DNA of 64,000 nucleotides from Escherichia coli (GCF_003334305.1 NZ_QOWS01000003.1), one strand, 5' to 3'. Positions 10,543-21,908 are shown, counted from the stretch's first letter. Program-made: numbers and translations. The notes: generated from the sequence alone by a model not told the origin.

Positions 10543-10806
10543 CATAGATGCTACGAATATTATTGGATTCTCCTTATTATTTGCGGCGCTTTTTTCACTT
10601 ACCGGAGGTTATATGGAACCTGATCCCACGCCTCTCCCTCGACGGAGATTAAAACTTTTCCGGTAAGCCCGTCTTTTCACGGCGTTACCGGATGCGTAAG
10701 GCCGTGACGTTTTAACGTCCCTGCTCAGCTTTATTACCTTCAGGTAAGGCTTCGCCACGCCTGAAGACATTTCTGTACTGTTTCAGACAGTGCGGAGGGA
10801 CTCCTT
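10543..10806 (+). promoter_or_regulatory. mgtA 5' leader (Mg2+/proline-responsive attenuator region containing mgtL)
   Basis: This is a long untranslated interval between the PhoP-dependent promoter and the mgtA ATG, and it holds the proline-rich mgtL ORF. The extent is inferred from the promoter position and the known leader of about 264 nt. Confidence 0.55.
10613..10666 (+). CDS. mgtL: mgtA leader peptide MgtL
   Basis: 17-codon [20 protein letters not shown] with a GGAGG Shine-Dalgarno sequence at 10604-10608. It is the last 17 codons of the 113-aa track ORF. Confidence 0.85.
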
Positions 10807-13503
10807 ATGTTTAAAGAAATTTTTACCCGGCTCATTCGCCATTTACCTTCCCGTCTGGTTCATCGCGATCCATTGCCTGGCGCGCAGCAGACAGTGAATA
10901 CGGCGGTCCCGCCGTCCTTAAGTGCGCATTGCCTGAAAATGGCGGTGATGCCCGAAGAAGAATTATGGAAAACGTTCGACACCCATCCGGAAGGGTTAAA
11001 TCAGGCGGAAGTGGAATCTGCCCGCGAACAACATGGTGAAAATAAATTACCCGCACAACAACCGTCGCCGTGGTGGGTACATTTATGGGTCTGCTATCGC
11101 AACCCCTTTAATATTTTACTCACCATTCTCGGCGCTATTTCTTACGCCACGGAAGATTTATTTGCCGCGGGCGTTATTGCGCTAATGGTCGCTATTTCAA
11201 CGTTACTGAACTTTATTCAGGAAGCACGTTCCACTAAAGCGGCAGATGCCCTGAAAGCGATGGTCAGCAATACCGCGACGGTGCTGCGCGTAATTAACGA
11301 CAAAGGCGAAAATGGCTGGCTGGAGATCCCGATCGACCAGCTGGTGCCCGGCGATATTATAAAACTGGCGGCGGGAGATATGATCCCGGCAGATTTACGT
11401 ATCTTGCAGGCGCGGGATCTGTTCGTCGCTCAGGCGTCGTTAACCGGTGAGTCTCTGCCCGTGGAAAAAGCCGCTACCACTCGCCAGCCGGAGCACAGCA
11501 ATCCGCTGGAGTGCGACACGCTGTGTTTTATGGGCACCACCGTGGTGAGCGGCACGGCACAAGCAATGGTGATTGCTACAGGTGCCAATACCTGGTTTGG
11601 TCAACTGGCGGGGCGTGTTAGTGAGCAGGAAAGCGAGCCGAATGCCTTTCAGCAGGGGATCAGCCGCGTCAGTATGCTGCTGATTCGCTTTATGCTGGTG
11701 ATGGCTCCGGTGGTGTTGCTTATCAACGGTTACACCAAAGGCGACTGGTGGGAAGCGGCACTGTTTGCGCTTTCGGTCGCGGTAGGCTTAACGCCGGAAA
11801 TGTTGCCGATGATTGTTACCTCGACGCTGGCGCGCGGCGCAGTAAAGCTGTCGAAACAGAAAGTGATCGTCAAACATCTGGATGCTATTCAGAACTTTGG
11901 CGCAATGGATATTCTGTGCACTGATAAAACTGGCACCCTGACACAGGACAAAATTGTGCTGGAGAATCATACCGATATCTCCGGTAAAACCAGCGAACGC
12001 GTGCTGCATAGCGCGTGGTTGAACAGTCATTATCAGACCGGACTTAAAAACCTGCTCGATACAGCGGTGCTCGAAGGTACGGATGAAGAGTCAGCGCGCT
12101 CGCTGGCCAGTCGTTGGCAAAAAATTGATGAGATTCCGTTTGATTTCGAGCGTCGCCGGATGTCGGTGGTAGTGGCAGAAAATACCGAGCACCATCAGCT
12201 GGTTTGCAAAGGTGCATTGCAGGAAATCCTCAATGTGTGTTCGCAGGTGCGTCACAATGGCGAGATTGTGCCGCTCGATGACATCATGCTGCGTAAGATT
12301 AAGCGGGTTACTGATACGCTGAATCGTCAGGGGCTGCGCGTGGTTGCGGTGGCGACGAAATACCTGCCAGCGCGTGAAGGAGATTACCAGCGGGCGGATG
12401 AATCCGACCTGATCCTCGAAGGATATATTGCTTTCCTTGATCCGCCAAAAGAGACAACCGCTCCGGCACTGAAGGCATTAAAAGCGAGTGGCATTACCGT
12501 AAAAATCCTTACTGGCGACAGTGAGTTAGTTGCAGCGAAAGTGTGCCATGAAGTGGGGCTGGACGCGGGAGAGGTGGTCATTGGTAGTGATATTGAAACG
12601 CTATCTGACGACGAACTGGCAAATCTTGCACAGCGCACCACGCTGTTTGCCCGCCTGACGCCGATGCATAAAGAACGCATTGTGACCTTACTGAAGCGCG
12701 AAGGGCATGTGGTTGGCTTTATGGGCGATGGTATTAATGATGCGCCCGCCTTACGCGCTGCGGATATCGGCATTTCTGTGGACGGCGCGGTAGATATTGC
12801 CCGTGAAGCGGCTGATATCATCCTGCTGGAAAAAAGCCTGATGGTGCTGGAAGAGGGGGTTATTGAAGGACGTCGCACTTTCGCCAACATGCTGAAATAC
12901 ATCAAAATGACGGCGAGCTCCAACTTCGGTAATGTGTTCAGCGTGCTGGTGGCGAGTGCTTTCTTGCCCTTCCTGCCGATGTTGCCGTTACACTTGCTTA
13001 TTCAGAACCTGCTGTATGATGTGTCACAGGTGGCGATCCCGTTTGATAACGTCGACGACGAGCAAATTCAAAAGCCGCAGCGTTGGAATCCGGCGGATCT
13101 GGGGCGCTTTATGATCTTCTTCGGACCGATCAGCTCGATCTTCGATATTCTGACGTTTTGCCTGATGTGGTGGGTATTCCATGCCAACACGCCGGAAACG
13201 CAAACGCTGTTCCAGTCGGGATGGTTTGTGGTGGGCTTACTGTCGCAAACGCTGATTGTGCATATGATCCGCACCCGCCGTGTGCCGTTTATTCAGAGCT
13301 GTGCATCGTGGCCGTTAATGATCATGACCGTGATCGTGATGATTGTCGGGATCGCATTGCCGTTTTCACCGCTGGCCAGTTATCTGCAGCTGCAGGCGCT
13401 GCCGTTAAGCTATTTCCCGTGGCTGGTTGCGATTCTGGCAGGGTATATGACATTAACTCAGTTGGTGAAAGGATTTTATAGCCGTCGTTACGGCTGGCAG
13501 TAA
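10807..13503 (+). CDS. mgtA: Mg2+-importing P-type ATPase
   Basis: 898 aa with P-type motifs DKTGTLT, TGES, MGDGINDAPAL and 10 predicted TM segments. Confidence 0.96.
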   Translation: MFKEIFTRLIRHLPSRLVHRDPLPGAQQTVNTAVPPSLSAHCLKMAVMPEEELWKTFDTHPEGLNQAEVESAREQHGENKLPAQQPSPWWVHLWVCYRNPFNILLTILGAISYATEDLFAAGVIALMVAISTLLNFIQEARSTKAADALKAMVSNTATVLRVINDKGENGWLEIPIDQLVPGDIIKLAAGDMIPADLRILQARDLFVAQASLTGESLPVEKAATTRQPEHSNPLECDTLCFMGTTVVSGTAQAMVIATGANTWFGQLAGRVSEQESEPNAFQQGISRVSMLLIRFMLVMAPVVLLINGYTKGDWWEAALFALSVAVGLTPEMLPMIVTSTLARGAVKLSKQKVIVKHLDAIQNFGAMDILCTDKTGTLTQDKIVLENHTDISGKTSERVLHSAWLNSHYQTGLKNLLDTAVLEGTDEESARSLASRWQKIDEIPFDFERRRMSVVVAENTEHHQLVCKGALQEILNVCSQVRHNGEIVPLDDIMLRKIKRVTDTLNRQGLRVVAVATKYLPAREGDYQRADESDLILEGYIAFLDPPKETTAPALKALKASGITVKILTGDSELVAAKVCHEVGLDAGEVVIGSDIETLSDDELANLAQRTTLFARLTPMHKERIVTLLKREGHVVGFMGDGINDAPALRAADIGISVDGAVDIAREAADIILLEKSLMVLEEGVIEGRRTFANMLKYIKMTASSNFGNVFSVLVASAFLPFLPMLPLHLLIQNLLYDVSQVAIPFDNVDDEQIQKPQRWNPADLGRFMIFFGPISSIFDILTFCLMWWVFHANTPETQTLFQSGWFVVGLLSQTLIVHMIRTRRVPFIQSCASWPLMIMTVIVMIVGIALPFSPLASYLQLQALPLSYFPWLVAILAGYMTLTQLVKGFYSRRYGWQ

Positions 13504-13560
13504 AGAATAAACTGGGCACGATAGCCCCGATTCAGATTGCAGACAAAGTAAGCTTTGTTC

Positions 13561-13651
13561 ATGCCGGATGCGGCGTAAATGCCTTATCCGGCCAACAAAT
13601 TCAATAAATTGCAGGAATCACGTAGGCCTGATAAGCGTAGCGTATCAGGCG
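13561..13651. repeat. REP elements downstream of mgtA
   Basis: Contains atgccggatgcggcgtaaatgccttatccggcc and gtaggcctgataagcgtagcgtatcaggcg. Confidence 0.8.
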
Positions 13652-13708
13652 ATTTTGCGTTTGTCATCAGACTTAATCCGGGCATGATAGCCCGGATTTC
13701 CATCAAGA

Positions 13709-14095
13709 TTAGCGACGAACAGCGATCGCTTCGATCTCAATCTTCACGTCTTTCGGCAGACGGGCAACTTCAACGCAAGAACGTGCCGGGAAGGTGGCAT
13801 TGTGTTCGGTGAAGAAGGCTTCGTAGGTAGCATTAACGGTTGCGAAGTCGTTCAGATCTTTCACAAACACGGTGGTTTTAACGATGTCGCCCACTTTCAG
13901 GCCTGCGGCTTCGACGATCGCTTTTACGTTATCCAGCGACTGACGTGCCTGTGCAGCGACGTCTGCCGGTACTTCACCCGTTTTCGGATTTACCGGGATC
14001 TGACCGGAGGTGATGATCATATTGCCCAGATCAACGCCCTGTACGTAAGGACCGATAGCTGCCGGTGCATTTTCCGTCGCGATAGTTTTGCTCAT
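13709..14095 (-). CDS. ridA: Enamine/imine deaminase RidA (YjgF)
   Basis: Trimmed to MSKTIATENAPAAIGPYVQG... (128 aa), a YjgF/YER057c/UK114 family sequence. A GGAG Shine-Dalgarno sequence precedes this ATG. Confidence 0.94.
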   Translation of the reverse strand: MSKTIATENAPAAIGPYVQGVDLGNMIITSGQIPVNPKTGEVPADVAAQARQSLDNVKAIVEAAGLKVGDIVKTTVFVKDLNDFATVNATYEAFFTEHNATFPARSCVEVARLPKDVKIEIEAIAVRR

Positions 14096-14167
14096 GATTT
14101 CTCCTTTATTACAGCGGTAAAAAGTCTGGCTCATTATAGGGAGCCAGACTTTTATTACCAACCGCAA

Positions 14168-14629
14168 TTAATTGGCCAGCACCACATTATGGGAAAACTC
14201 TTTTTCACAGTATTTGCATTTGAGCGCGATGTCATTGGCGCGTTTTCGCACGGCAAAGCTGGAAGAAACCGGTTCGGCATGGCTGATACAGTTGCTGTTC
14301 GGGCAGACCAGCACATTGTCGATGCGCTCTGGCAGACTGGGGCGCGATTTACCCACCACTTCATAGTTGTCGATACGGTTAACCGTGGCTTGCGGCGCAT
14401 ACAATGCCAGTTGATCTACCTGATCTTCACTCAAAAAGGTATTTTCGATTTTGATCAGATCTTTGCGGCCCATCTCGCCAGAAGGCAAGTTCAGACCGAT
14501 GGTGATGCGCTGATCCGTTTCGGTCAGCTTGAACAGACTCAACAGCTTAAAACCGATCTGGGCGGGGATATGGTCAATTACCGTGCCGCGTTTAATAGCT
14601 TCAACCTGCAATTTATTATCGTGTGTCAT
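14168..14629 (-). CDS. pyrI: Aspartate carbamoyltransferase regulatory chain
   Basis: 153 aa starting [23 protein letters not shown], with the Zn domain CPNSNCISH...CKYCEKEF. Confidence 0.96.
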
Positions 14630-14641
14630 CTCTATTTCCCC

Positions 14642-15577
14642 TTACAGTACCAGATCGCGATTCAGAACCAGTGCCAGTAACGCCTGGCGAGCGAAAATCC
14701 CGTTGCCTGCCTGCTGGAAGTACCAGGCGTGTGGCGTTTTATCAACATCCGTCGCAATCTCATCAACACGCGGCAGCGGATGCAGCACTTTCATATTGGC
14801 TTTGGCGTTGTGGAGATCGCTGGCGCGAAGAACAAACTGCGCTTTCACGTTGGCGTACTCGGACGGGTCCAGACGCTCTTTTTGCACGCGGGTCATGTAC
14901 AGGATGTCTACTTCCGCCATCACTTCTTCAATAGAGCTGTGCAGACTCCATGCGATCCCTTTTTCATCGAGCATATCCAGAATGTATTGCGGCATTGCCA
15001 GCGCGTCCGGCGCGATGAAGTAAAAACGGTTGCCGTCGAACTTCGCTAACGCCTGAGTCAGGGAGTGAACGGTGCGGCCATATTTCAGGTCACCAACCAT
15101 TGCGACGTGGAGATTGTCCAGACGCCCCTGGGTTTCCTGAATAGTGAATAAGTCCAGCAAGGTTTGCGTCGGATGTTGGTTGGAGCCATCACCGGCATTC
15201 AGTACCGGTACATTGCCGGAAAACTCGGTGGCCAGGCGCGCCGCACCTTCCTGCGGATGACGCATCACTATCGCATCGACGTAAGTGCTGATAACCGAAA
15301 TGGTATCGGCCAGCGTTTCGCCCTTTTTACCCAGTGATGTATTGGCGCTGTCGGAGAAGCCCACCACGCTGGCACCCAGGCGGTGCATAGATGTTTCGAA
15401 AGAGAGGCGGGTACGGGTAGAGGCTTCGAAGAAACAGCTGGCAATGACTTTGTGCTTCAACAGCTCTGGTTGCGGGTTTGCTTTCAGTTTCGCCGCTGTC
15501 GCCAGCACCAGATTAAGGTCATCGCGACTAAGGTCGTTTATGGAAATGATATGTTTCTGATATAGCGGATTAGCCAT
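14642..15577 (-). CDS. pyrB: Aspartate carbamoyltransferase catalytic chain
   Basis: 311 aa starting [20 protein letters not shown], with the STRTR and HPLPR motifs. Confidence 0.96.
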
Positions 15578-15580
15578 CTT

Positions 15581-15715
15581 TTATCTCCTGACGCCTGGGC
15601 AAAAAAAAGCCCCTCGATTGAGGGGCTGGGAATGGGTGATCAACGGGAAGAAAAACGGCAGGCCAGCGTCTTTTTTCAGACGCGGTAAGACAAAATGTCG
15701 AACACACTGAACCAT
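15581..15715 (-). CDS. pyrL: pyrBI operon leader peptide
   Basis: 44-aa ORF MVQCVRHFVLPRLKKDAGLPFFFPLITHSQPLNRGAFFCPGVRR that runs across the attenuator hairpin. Confidence 0.85.
   Translation of the reverse strand: MVQCVRHFVLPRLKKDAGLPFFFPLITHSQPLNRGAFFCPGVRR
15601..15626 (-). terminator. pyrBI attenuator (intrinsic terminator inside pyrL)
   Basis: On the minus strand, the hairpin gcccctcaatcgaggggc is followed by T8. This is the UTP-sensitive attenuator upstream of pyrB. Confidence 0.85.
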
Positions 15716-15995
15716 ACATCCTCCCGGCAAATTGTCCGGCATTATACTCATCGTCAGAAGCGGTGCAAGCATTTGATGCAATATTTTGTCAGCGCAAACG
15801 GTTTATTTGAATTATAAGTCAAAATGCATGCATTTTTATTTGTTGTGATTCTGCAGGGGAACGGTCGTTCGGTATCAATAATTGCAGACATTTCCTGCTT
15901 TTTTCTTTTTCACTTTCACGCAATCAGATATGCATTTTATTCCATTCATCCGACTTATAGGGCGGAGTGTGAAAACGAACGGCTAACACTATTGC

Positions 15996-16391
15996 TTACT
16001 GCTCAGGGATGCGCGCTATCACTTTAATTTCAAAATCAAAGCCTGCCAGCCATGTAACACCTACCGCCGTCCAGTTTGGATAAGGTGGGGCGCTAAATAT
16101 TTCATTTTTCACCGTCATGATGTCTTCAAATTGGTTTTCTGGATCGGTATGGAAGCTCGTAACATCAATGATATCGTCAAAAGTGCATCCCGCAGCAGCC
16201 AGGGTCGCATGCAAATTATCAAATGCCAGTCTGACTTGTTGCTGAAAATCGGGTTCTGGTGTTCCGTCCTCTCGACTTCCTACTTGCCCGGAAACAAACA
16301 GCAAATCGCCGGAGCGAATAGCCGCAGAATAACGATGTTCAGCATACAGTGAATGTCGGCCTGCAGGGAAAACAGCGGTTCTTTCTACCAT
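15996..16391 (-). CDS. yjgH: RidA/RutC-family protein YjgH
   Basis: 131-aa ORF with YjgF-like fold sequence. The synteny fits. Confidence 0.88.
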   Translation of the reverse strand: MVERTAVFPAGRHSLYAEHRYSAAIRSGDLLFVSGQVGSREDGTPEPDFQQQVRLAFDNLHATLAAAGCTFDDIIDVTSFHTDPENQFEDIMTVKNEIFSAPPYPNWTAVGVTWLAGFDFEIKVIARIPEQ

Positions 16392-16521
16392 TTGGTTATC
16401 CTCAAGATTTACGACATGAACAGAAGATTTATATTTACCAGGAGCCGCTTTTAGCGGACGACGTGAGTAAACAAAACCCAGACATCATGGGAAATGGCTG
16501 GGCTTAATTGAGCGTAGTCGG

Positions 16522-17235
16522 TTATGCGCCAAACGCGCCATCAATGGTATGCATCGCGCCGGTAACAAAACTGGCTTCTGGCCCTGCTAACCATGCGACC
16601 ATACCAGCGACCTCTTCCGGTTGCCCATGTCTTTTGATAGCCATAAAACTATGCAACATATCGCGCATTGGCCCGTTGGCGGGATTAGCGTCGGTATCAA
16701 TTGGCCCTGGCTGGACGACGTTAATGGTGATCCCACGCGGTCCGAAATCACGGGCCAGCCCGCGCGCCATGCCTTGCAGGGCAGATTTACTGGCGGCATA
16801 AGCAGCCATGCCTGCAACAGGCATACGATCGCCATTCACGGAGCCGATGATTAAGATGCGCCCGCCTTCGGGCATCTGCCGGGCGGCTTCAACAGAGGCA
16901 TGATAAGGAGCATGAATATTGATTTTGAAAAGGCGATCAATATCGTCGGCATTCAATTCCAGGGCATCGCCAAAGACGCCAATACCTGCATTTACCACCA
17001 GGATATCCAATGCGCCGCTCTTACGAACGACATCAATGACAGCGTCTCTGTCAGTACTATCTGTGAATACTGCTGTCGCTCCAGTCTCTTGTGCCAGGTG
17101 TTCAGCGGCATCTTTCGACCCCGCATAGGTGAATCGTACATTGGCCCCATCGGTGACGAAACGACGTACGATAGCGGCACCGATACCACGACTGCCACCG
17201 AGGATGAGAACTGTCTTACCTGTAAAAGCGCCCAT
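16522..17235 (-). CDS. bdcA: Short-chain dehydrogenase/c-di-GMP-binding biofilm dispersal protein BdcA (YjgI)
   Basis: Trimmed to MGAFTGKTVLILGGSRGIGAAI (237 aa). SDR motifs GGSRGIG and YAASK are present. Confidence 0.9.
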   Translation of the reverse strand: MGAFTGKTVLILGGSRGIGAAIVRRFVTDGANVRFTYAGSKDAAEHLAQETGATAVFTDSTDRDAVIDVVRKSGALDILVVNAGIGVFGDALELNADDIDRLFKINIHAPYHASVEAARQMPEGGRILIIGSVNGDRMPVAGMAAYAASKSALQGMARGLARDFGPRGITINVVQPGPIDTDANPANGPMRDMLHSFMAIKRHGQPEEVAGMVAWLAGPEASFVTGAMHTIDGAFGA

Positions 17236-17305
17236 AAGGACTCCTTGATTTATTATGTAACATGCATTACAAAACTGTTTTAACTTTCTGTCAACAGGTT
17301 TTGTA

Positions 17306-17899
17306 ATGGTCACTAAAAAACAATCTCGCGTTCCAGGTCGTCCCAGACGTTTCGCTCCTGAGCAGGCAATCTCTGCGGCAAAAGTGCTTTTTCACCAAAA
17401 AGGTTTCGATGCTGTCAGTGTTGCTGAAGTTACTGATTATCTTGGTATTAACCCCCCGAGCCTCTACGCGGCTTTTGGCAGTAAAGCTGGGTTATTTAGC
17501 CGTGTACTCAATGAATACGTCGGTACGGAAGCTATTCCGCTTGCCGATATTCTTCGTGATGATCGTCCAGTAGGCGAGTGCCTGGTTGAGGTATTAAAAG
17601 AAGCGGCGCGCAGATATAGCCAAAACGGCGGCTGCGCTGGCTGTATGGTTCTTGAAGGTATTCATAGTCATGATCCACTAGCGCGTGATATTGCCGTTCA
17701 ATATTATCACGCCGCAGAAACGACCATTTATGACTATATCGCCAGGCGGCATCCACAAAGCGCACAATGTGTGACTGATTTTATGAGTACCGTGATGTCA
17801 GGGCTTTCTGCGAAGGCACGGGAGGGGCACTCAATCGAACAACTCTGTGCAACAGCTGCACTGGCGGGGGAAGCGATAAAAACTCTTCTCAAGGAGTGA
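17306..17899 (+). CDS. bdcR: TetR-family regulator BdcR (YjgJ)
   Basis: 197 aa with an N-terminal TetR HTH (GFDAVSVAEVTDYLGINPPSLYAAFGSK). It is divergent from bdcA. Confidence 0.9.
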   Translation: MVTKKQSRVPGRPRRFAPEQAISAAKVLFHQKGFDAVSVAEVTDYLGINPPSLYAAFGSKAGLFSRVLNEYVGTEAIPLADILRDDRPVGECLVEVLKEAARRYSQNGGCAGCMVLEGIHSHDPLARDIAVQYYHAAETTIYDYIARRHPQSAQCVTDFMSTVMSGLSAKAREGHSIEQLCATAALAGEAIKTLLKE

Positions 17900-18031
17900 T
17901 GCTGGCCTTGATCCGAAAGGCGGGAACGCGCCTGCCGATAAGTTGTGATAAGACAATAATTCACGCGTTAAGGCTAGCGGAATTGATCATCTTTTCGTAT
18001 AACGATAGAAATGAAACGTTGTTTTAATTAA

Positions 18032-18496
<465 letters not shown>

Positions 18497-18618
18497 TGAC
18501 TTTTCGCCGTAAATAACTCCAGATTTACGGCGAGTTTGTGAAAAGAGCGTTTTTTGATATTTTTTTGTGAGTAAAATTTGTAATGCTTAGACGTTCTTAT
18601 TAACTCAAGGAGTCCGTC

Positions 18619-20179
18619 ATGAGCAAAATATCAGGTTGGAATTTTTCTCAAAACATTACATCAGCCGACAATTGTAAACAAAAAAATGAAGACTTAGATA
18701 CCTGGTATGTGGGAATGAATGATTTTGCCCGAATTGCCGGAGGGCAGAATAGCAGAAGCAATATTCTTTCTCCCAGAGCATTTTTGGAGTTTTTGGCTAA
18801 GATATTTACCCTGGGTTATGTGGATTTTAGCAAACGCTCCAACGAAGCGGGTAGAAATATGATGGCTCATATTAAGTCCTCATCTTATATCAAAAATAAT
18901 GATGGTAGTGAGATAATGAAGTTTGTTATGAATAATCCTGAAGGGGAGCGAGCGGATTTATCTAAGGTGGAAATAGAAATTACACTTGCCTCAGCTTTTA
19001 ATAATGGGATTCGTGAAGGACATACAGTCATTATATTTACACAACCTGATGGTTCGACTAATCGTTATGAAGGGAAGTCCTTTGAAAGAAAAGATGAGAG
19101 TTCATTACACCTGATTACTAACAAGATTCTGGCGTGTTACCAACGCGAAGCTAACAAGGAAATAGCTCGTCTATTAAATATTCCGCAGGAGTTAAATAAT
19201 TCTCAGGACTTGAATAACTCGCAGGTGAGTTGTAAAGATTCAGTTGATTCTACGATTACGGATTTATTAGAAAAACCATTGAATAATGCATTATTAGCAA
19301 TAAGGAAAGAACATCTGCTATTAATGCCTTATGTATGTAATGAATCGATTTCATACTTGCTTGGTGAAAAAGGGATACTGAAAGAAATAGATGACCTTAA
19401 CGCAGTAAATAATTATCTTCTTAATAATAAGAAAGCTACTGACAATGAAATTAATGACATCAAAGTTAACCTGTCTCATATTCTTATTGATTCCTTAGAT
19501 GATGCAAAAGTTAACCTTACACCGGTCATCGATTCGATTCTGGAGATTTTTTTAAAATTCCCATATATTAATGATGTAAGAATACTGGATTGATGTTTTA
19601 ATAAAAGAATGCAATATTTTGGTGATTCTGAAAAGATAAAGTATGCATGCTCCGTGATAAATCATATTGATTTTAGCCGCGATCAATCTAAAGATTTTAG
19701 CTGCGATCAATCTAAAATTAAAATAGCTGAGACCTTATTTTTCAATCTCGATAAAGAACACTATAAAAATAGCCGTAAATTACAGGAATTGATTTGGGAT
19801 AAGTTGGTTGCATATGTCAATGATTTTAACTTAAGCAATCAAGAAAAATCACGCTTAATACTAAGGTTATTTGATGATGTTAAGTTGCTATTTAATGAAG
19901 TGCCTGTCAGCATTTTAGTAAATGATATTTTTTTTGAAGGATTTTTTCATGAAGCAACCTGATTTTGCTAAGTGGTATTTCTATCAATTACTTAAAGATT
20001 ATGAGGGCGAACAGCTGTATCTTAATGAGTTAGGATATGTTTATGGTAATGAAGAAAAAACAAATGAAATTGTAAAAAACAATCCGGGTTATGTCGTTAA
20101 GATTTTTGAAGAAAAGATGGTTAATGAATTAAAAATTAGAACAAGAATGATGAAAATCCTCCGGAAGATTTACGTATAG
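18619..20179 (+). pseudogene. yjgL: yjgL, disrupted (in-frame TGA at 19591-19593 plus a frame change in a T-rich tract near 19928-19947)
   Basis: Three consecutive ORFs of 324, 117 and 85 aa. The first two share a frame and are separated by a single TGA. The third overlaps the second in the +1 frame at T8/T6 runs. The region is very AT-rich. K-12 carries one long yjgL at this position. Confidence 0.65.
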
Positions 20180-20231
20180 CAATAGAAAAATATGGATGGA
20201 ATAATTGAACTATTACTGCATAAAATAATGT

Positions 20232-20263
20232 GATGCCGGGATGTTTTTGTATTTCCCGGCATC
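20232..20263. terminator. Hairpin between convergent yjgL and argI
   Basis: gatgccggga-N12-tcccggcatc is a 10-bp perfect stem flanked by T/A runs. Confidence 0.6.
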
Positions 20264-20279
20264 TTTATAGCGATATCAA

Positions 20280-21284
20280 TTATTTACTGAGCGTCGCGAC
20301 CATCACCGCTTTGATGGTATGCATGCGGTTTTCCGCCTGATCAAAAACAATGCTGGCGGCAGATTCGAAGACCTCATCAGTCACTTCCATTCCGCCATGT
20401 AGGCCAAACTCTTCCGCCATTTTCTTACCAAGCGTCGTCTGGTCGTCATGAAACGCGGGCAGGCAGTGGAGGAATTTGACCTCCGGGTTACCGGTCAACT
20501 GCATCATCTTGCTGTTCACCTGATAATCACGCAGTAATGCAATCCGTTCTGCCCATTTCTCTTTTGCTTCCCCCATCGACACCCATACATCGGTATAGAT
20601 AAAGTCAGCACCTTCAACTCCTTTGGCTACATCTTCCGTCAGCGTAATATTCCCGCCATTTTGCTGTGCCAGGGCGCGGCATTCCGTAACCAGCGCAGCT
20701 TCCGGCCAGCATGCCTGTGGCGCGACCAGACGCAAATCCAGACCGGTAAGCGCCGCAGCTTCGAGCATCGAATTGCCCATGTTGTTACGTGCGTCACCTG
20801 CATAGACCAGCGTCATTTCGTTGAATGCTTTACCGGGTAAATGCTCCTGCATGGTGAGGAGATCCGCCAGCAACTGCGTGGGGTGAAACTCATTGGTCAG
20901 GCCGTTCCATACCGGCACGCCAGCGTATTCCGCCAGTGTTTCGACAATCTCCTGACCATAGCCGCGATACTGAATACCGTCATACATGCGACCCAGCACG
21001 CGGGCAGTGTCTTTAATCGACTCTTTATGACCAATCTGACTGCCGCTTGGGCCGAGATAAGTAACGCGAGCACCCTGGTCATATGCGGCAACTTCGAAAG
21101 AGCATCGGGTACGGGTCGAGTCTTTTTCGAAGATGAGCGCGATGTTTTTACCAGTGAGTTTGGCTTCTTCTTTGCCGCTTTTCTTATCGGCTTTCAGCTT
21201 CGCGGCTAACTGCAGCAGGCTGTTGAGTTCAGCTGGCGTGAAATCGAGTAATTTCAGGAAATGCTTATGATAAAACCCGGACAT
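20280..21284 (-). CDS. argI: Ornithine carbamoyltransferase chain I
   Basis: 334 aa starting [20 protein letters not shown], with the motifs STRTR, HPTQ and HCLPA. Confidence 0.96.
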
Positions 21285-21309
21285 AGATCCCTCCTGTGGC
21301 TAACGCCTT

Positions 21310-21348
21310 AATGAATTAAAATTCAATTTATATGGATGATTATTCATT
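21310..21348 (-). promoter_or_regulatory. Tandem ARG boxes (ArgR operator) of argI
   Basis: aatgaattaaaattcaat (21310-21327) and tatggatgattattcatt (21331-21348) are separated by 3 bp. Both fit wnTGAATwwwwATTCAnw. Confidence 0.8.
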
Positions 21349-21445
21349 TGCAAGTCTAAAGCATAAATCTTTGTCACAAAGGTGGAGGCAATGTCAGTGG
21401 TGTGTGACAATAAGAGTATCGGCAGGACATTAAGAGGAATGAGCC

Positions 21446-21862
21446 ATGGCAAACCCGGAACAACTGGAAGAACAGCGTGAAGAAACACGTTTGATTATTG
21501 AAGAATTACTGGAAGATGGCAGCGATCCGGACGCGCTGTACACCATCGAACACCATCTTTCCGCAGACGATCTGGAAACCCTGGAAAAAGCAGCAGTTGA
21601 AGCGTTTAAACTCGGTTACGAAGTGACCGATCCAGAAGAGCTGGAAGTTGAAGATGGTGATATCGTGATTTGCTGCGACATCCTCAGCGAGTGCGCGTTG
21701 AATGCCGATCTGATCGATGCCCAGGTTGAACAACTGATGACGCTGGCGGAGAAATTTGACGTTGAGTACGACGGTTGGGGCACTTACTTTGAAGATCCCA
21801 ATGGCGAAGACGGCGACGATGAAGATTTTGTCGATGAAGACGATGACGGGGTTCGCCACTAA
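21446..21862 (+). CDS. rraB: Regulator of RNase E activity B
   Basis: 138-aa highly acidic protein starting [29 protein letters not shown]. The synteny fits. Confidence 0.93.
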
Positions 21863-21872
21863 TTAATTGATT

Positions 21873-21908
21873 AAAATGCCCGATAGCACACACTAGCGGG
21901 CATTTTTT
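21873..21908. terminator. Bidirectional hairpin terminator between rraB and yjgM
   Basis: aaaatgcccg...cgggcattttttt, with stem atgcccg/cgggcat flanked by A and T runs. Confidence 0.65.

Noticed and set aside
10325-10666. 113-aa ORF covering the treR 5' end, the treR-mgtA spacer and mgtL
   Set aside because: Only the last 17 codons, which have their own GGAGG Shine-Dalgarno sequence and ATG, correspond to the known leader peptide MgtL. The upstream part overlaps treR antisense and the PhoP promoter.
13802-14680. 292-aa + strand ORF crossing ridA, the ridA-pyrI spacer and pyrI
   Set aside because: It spans two well-supported minus-strand genes and their intergenic region. This cannot be reconciled with the conserved ridA/pyrI annotation, and the ORF has no motifs.
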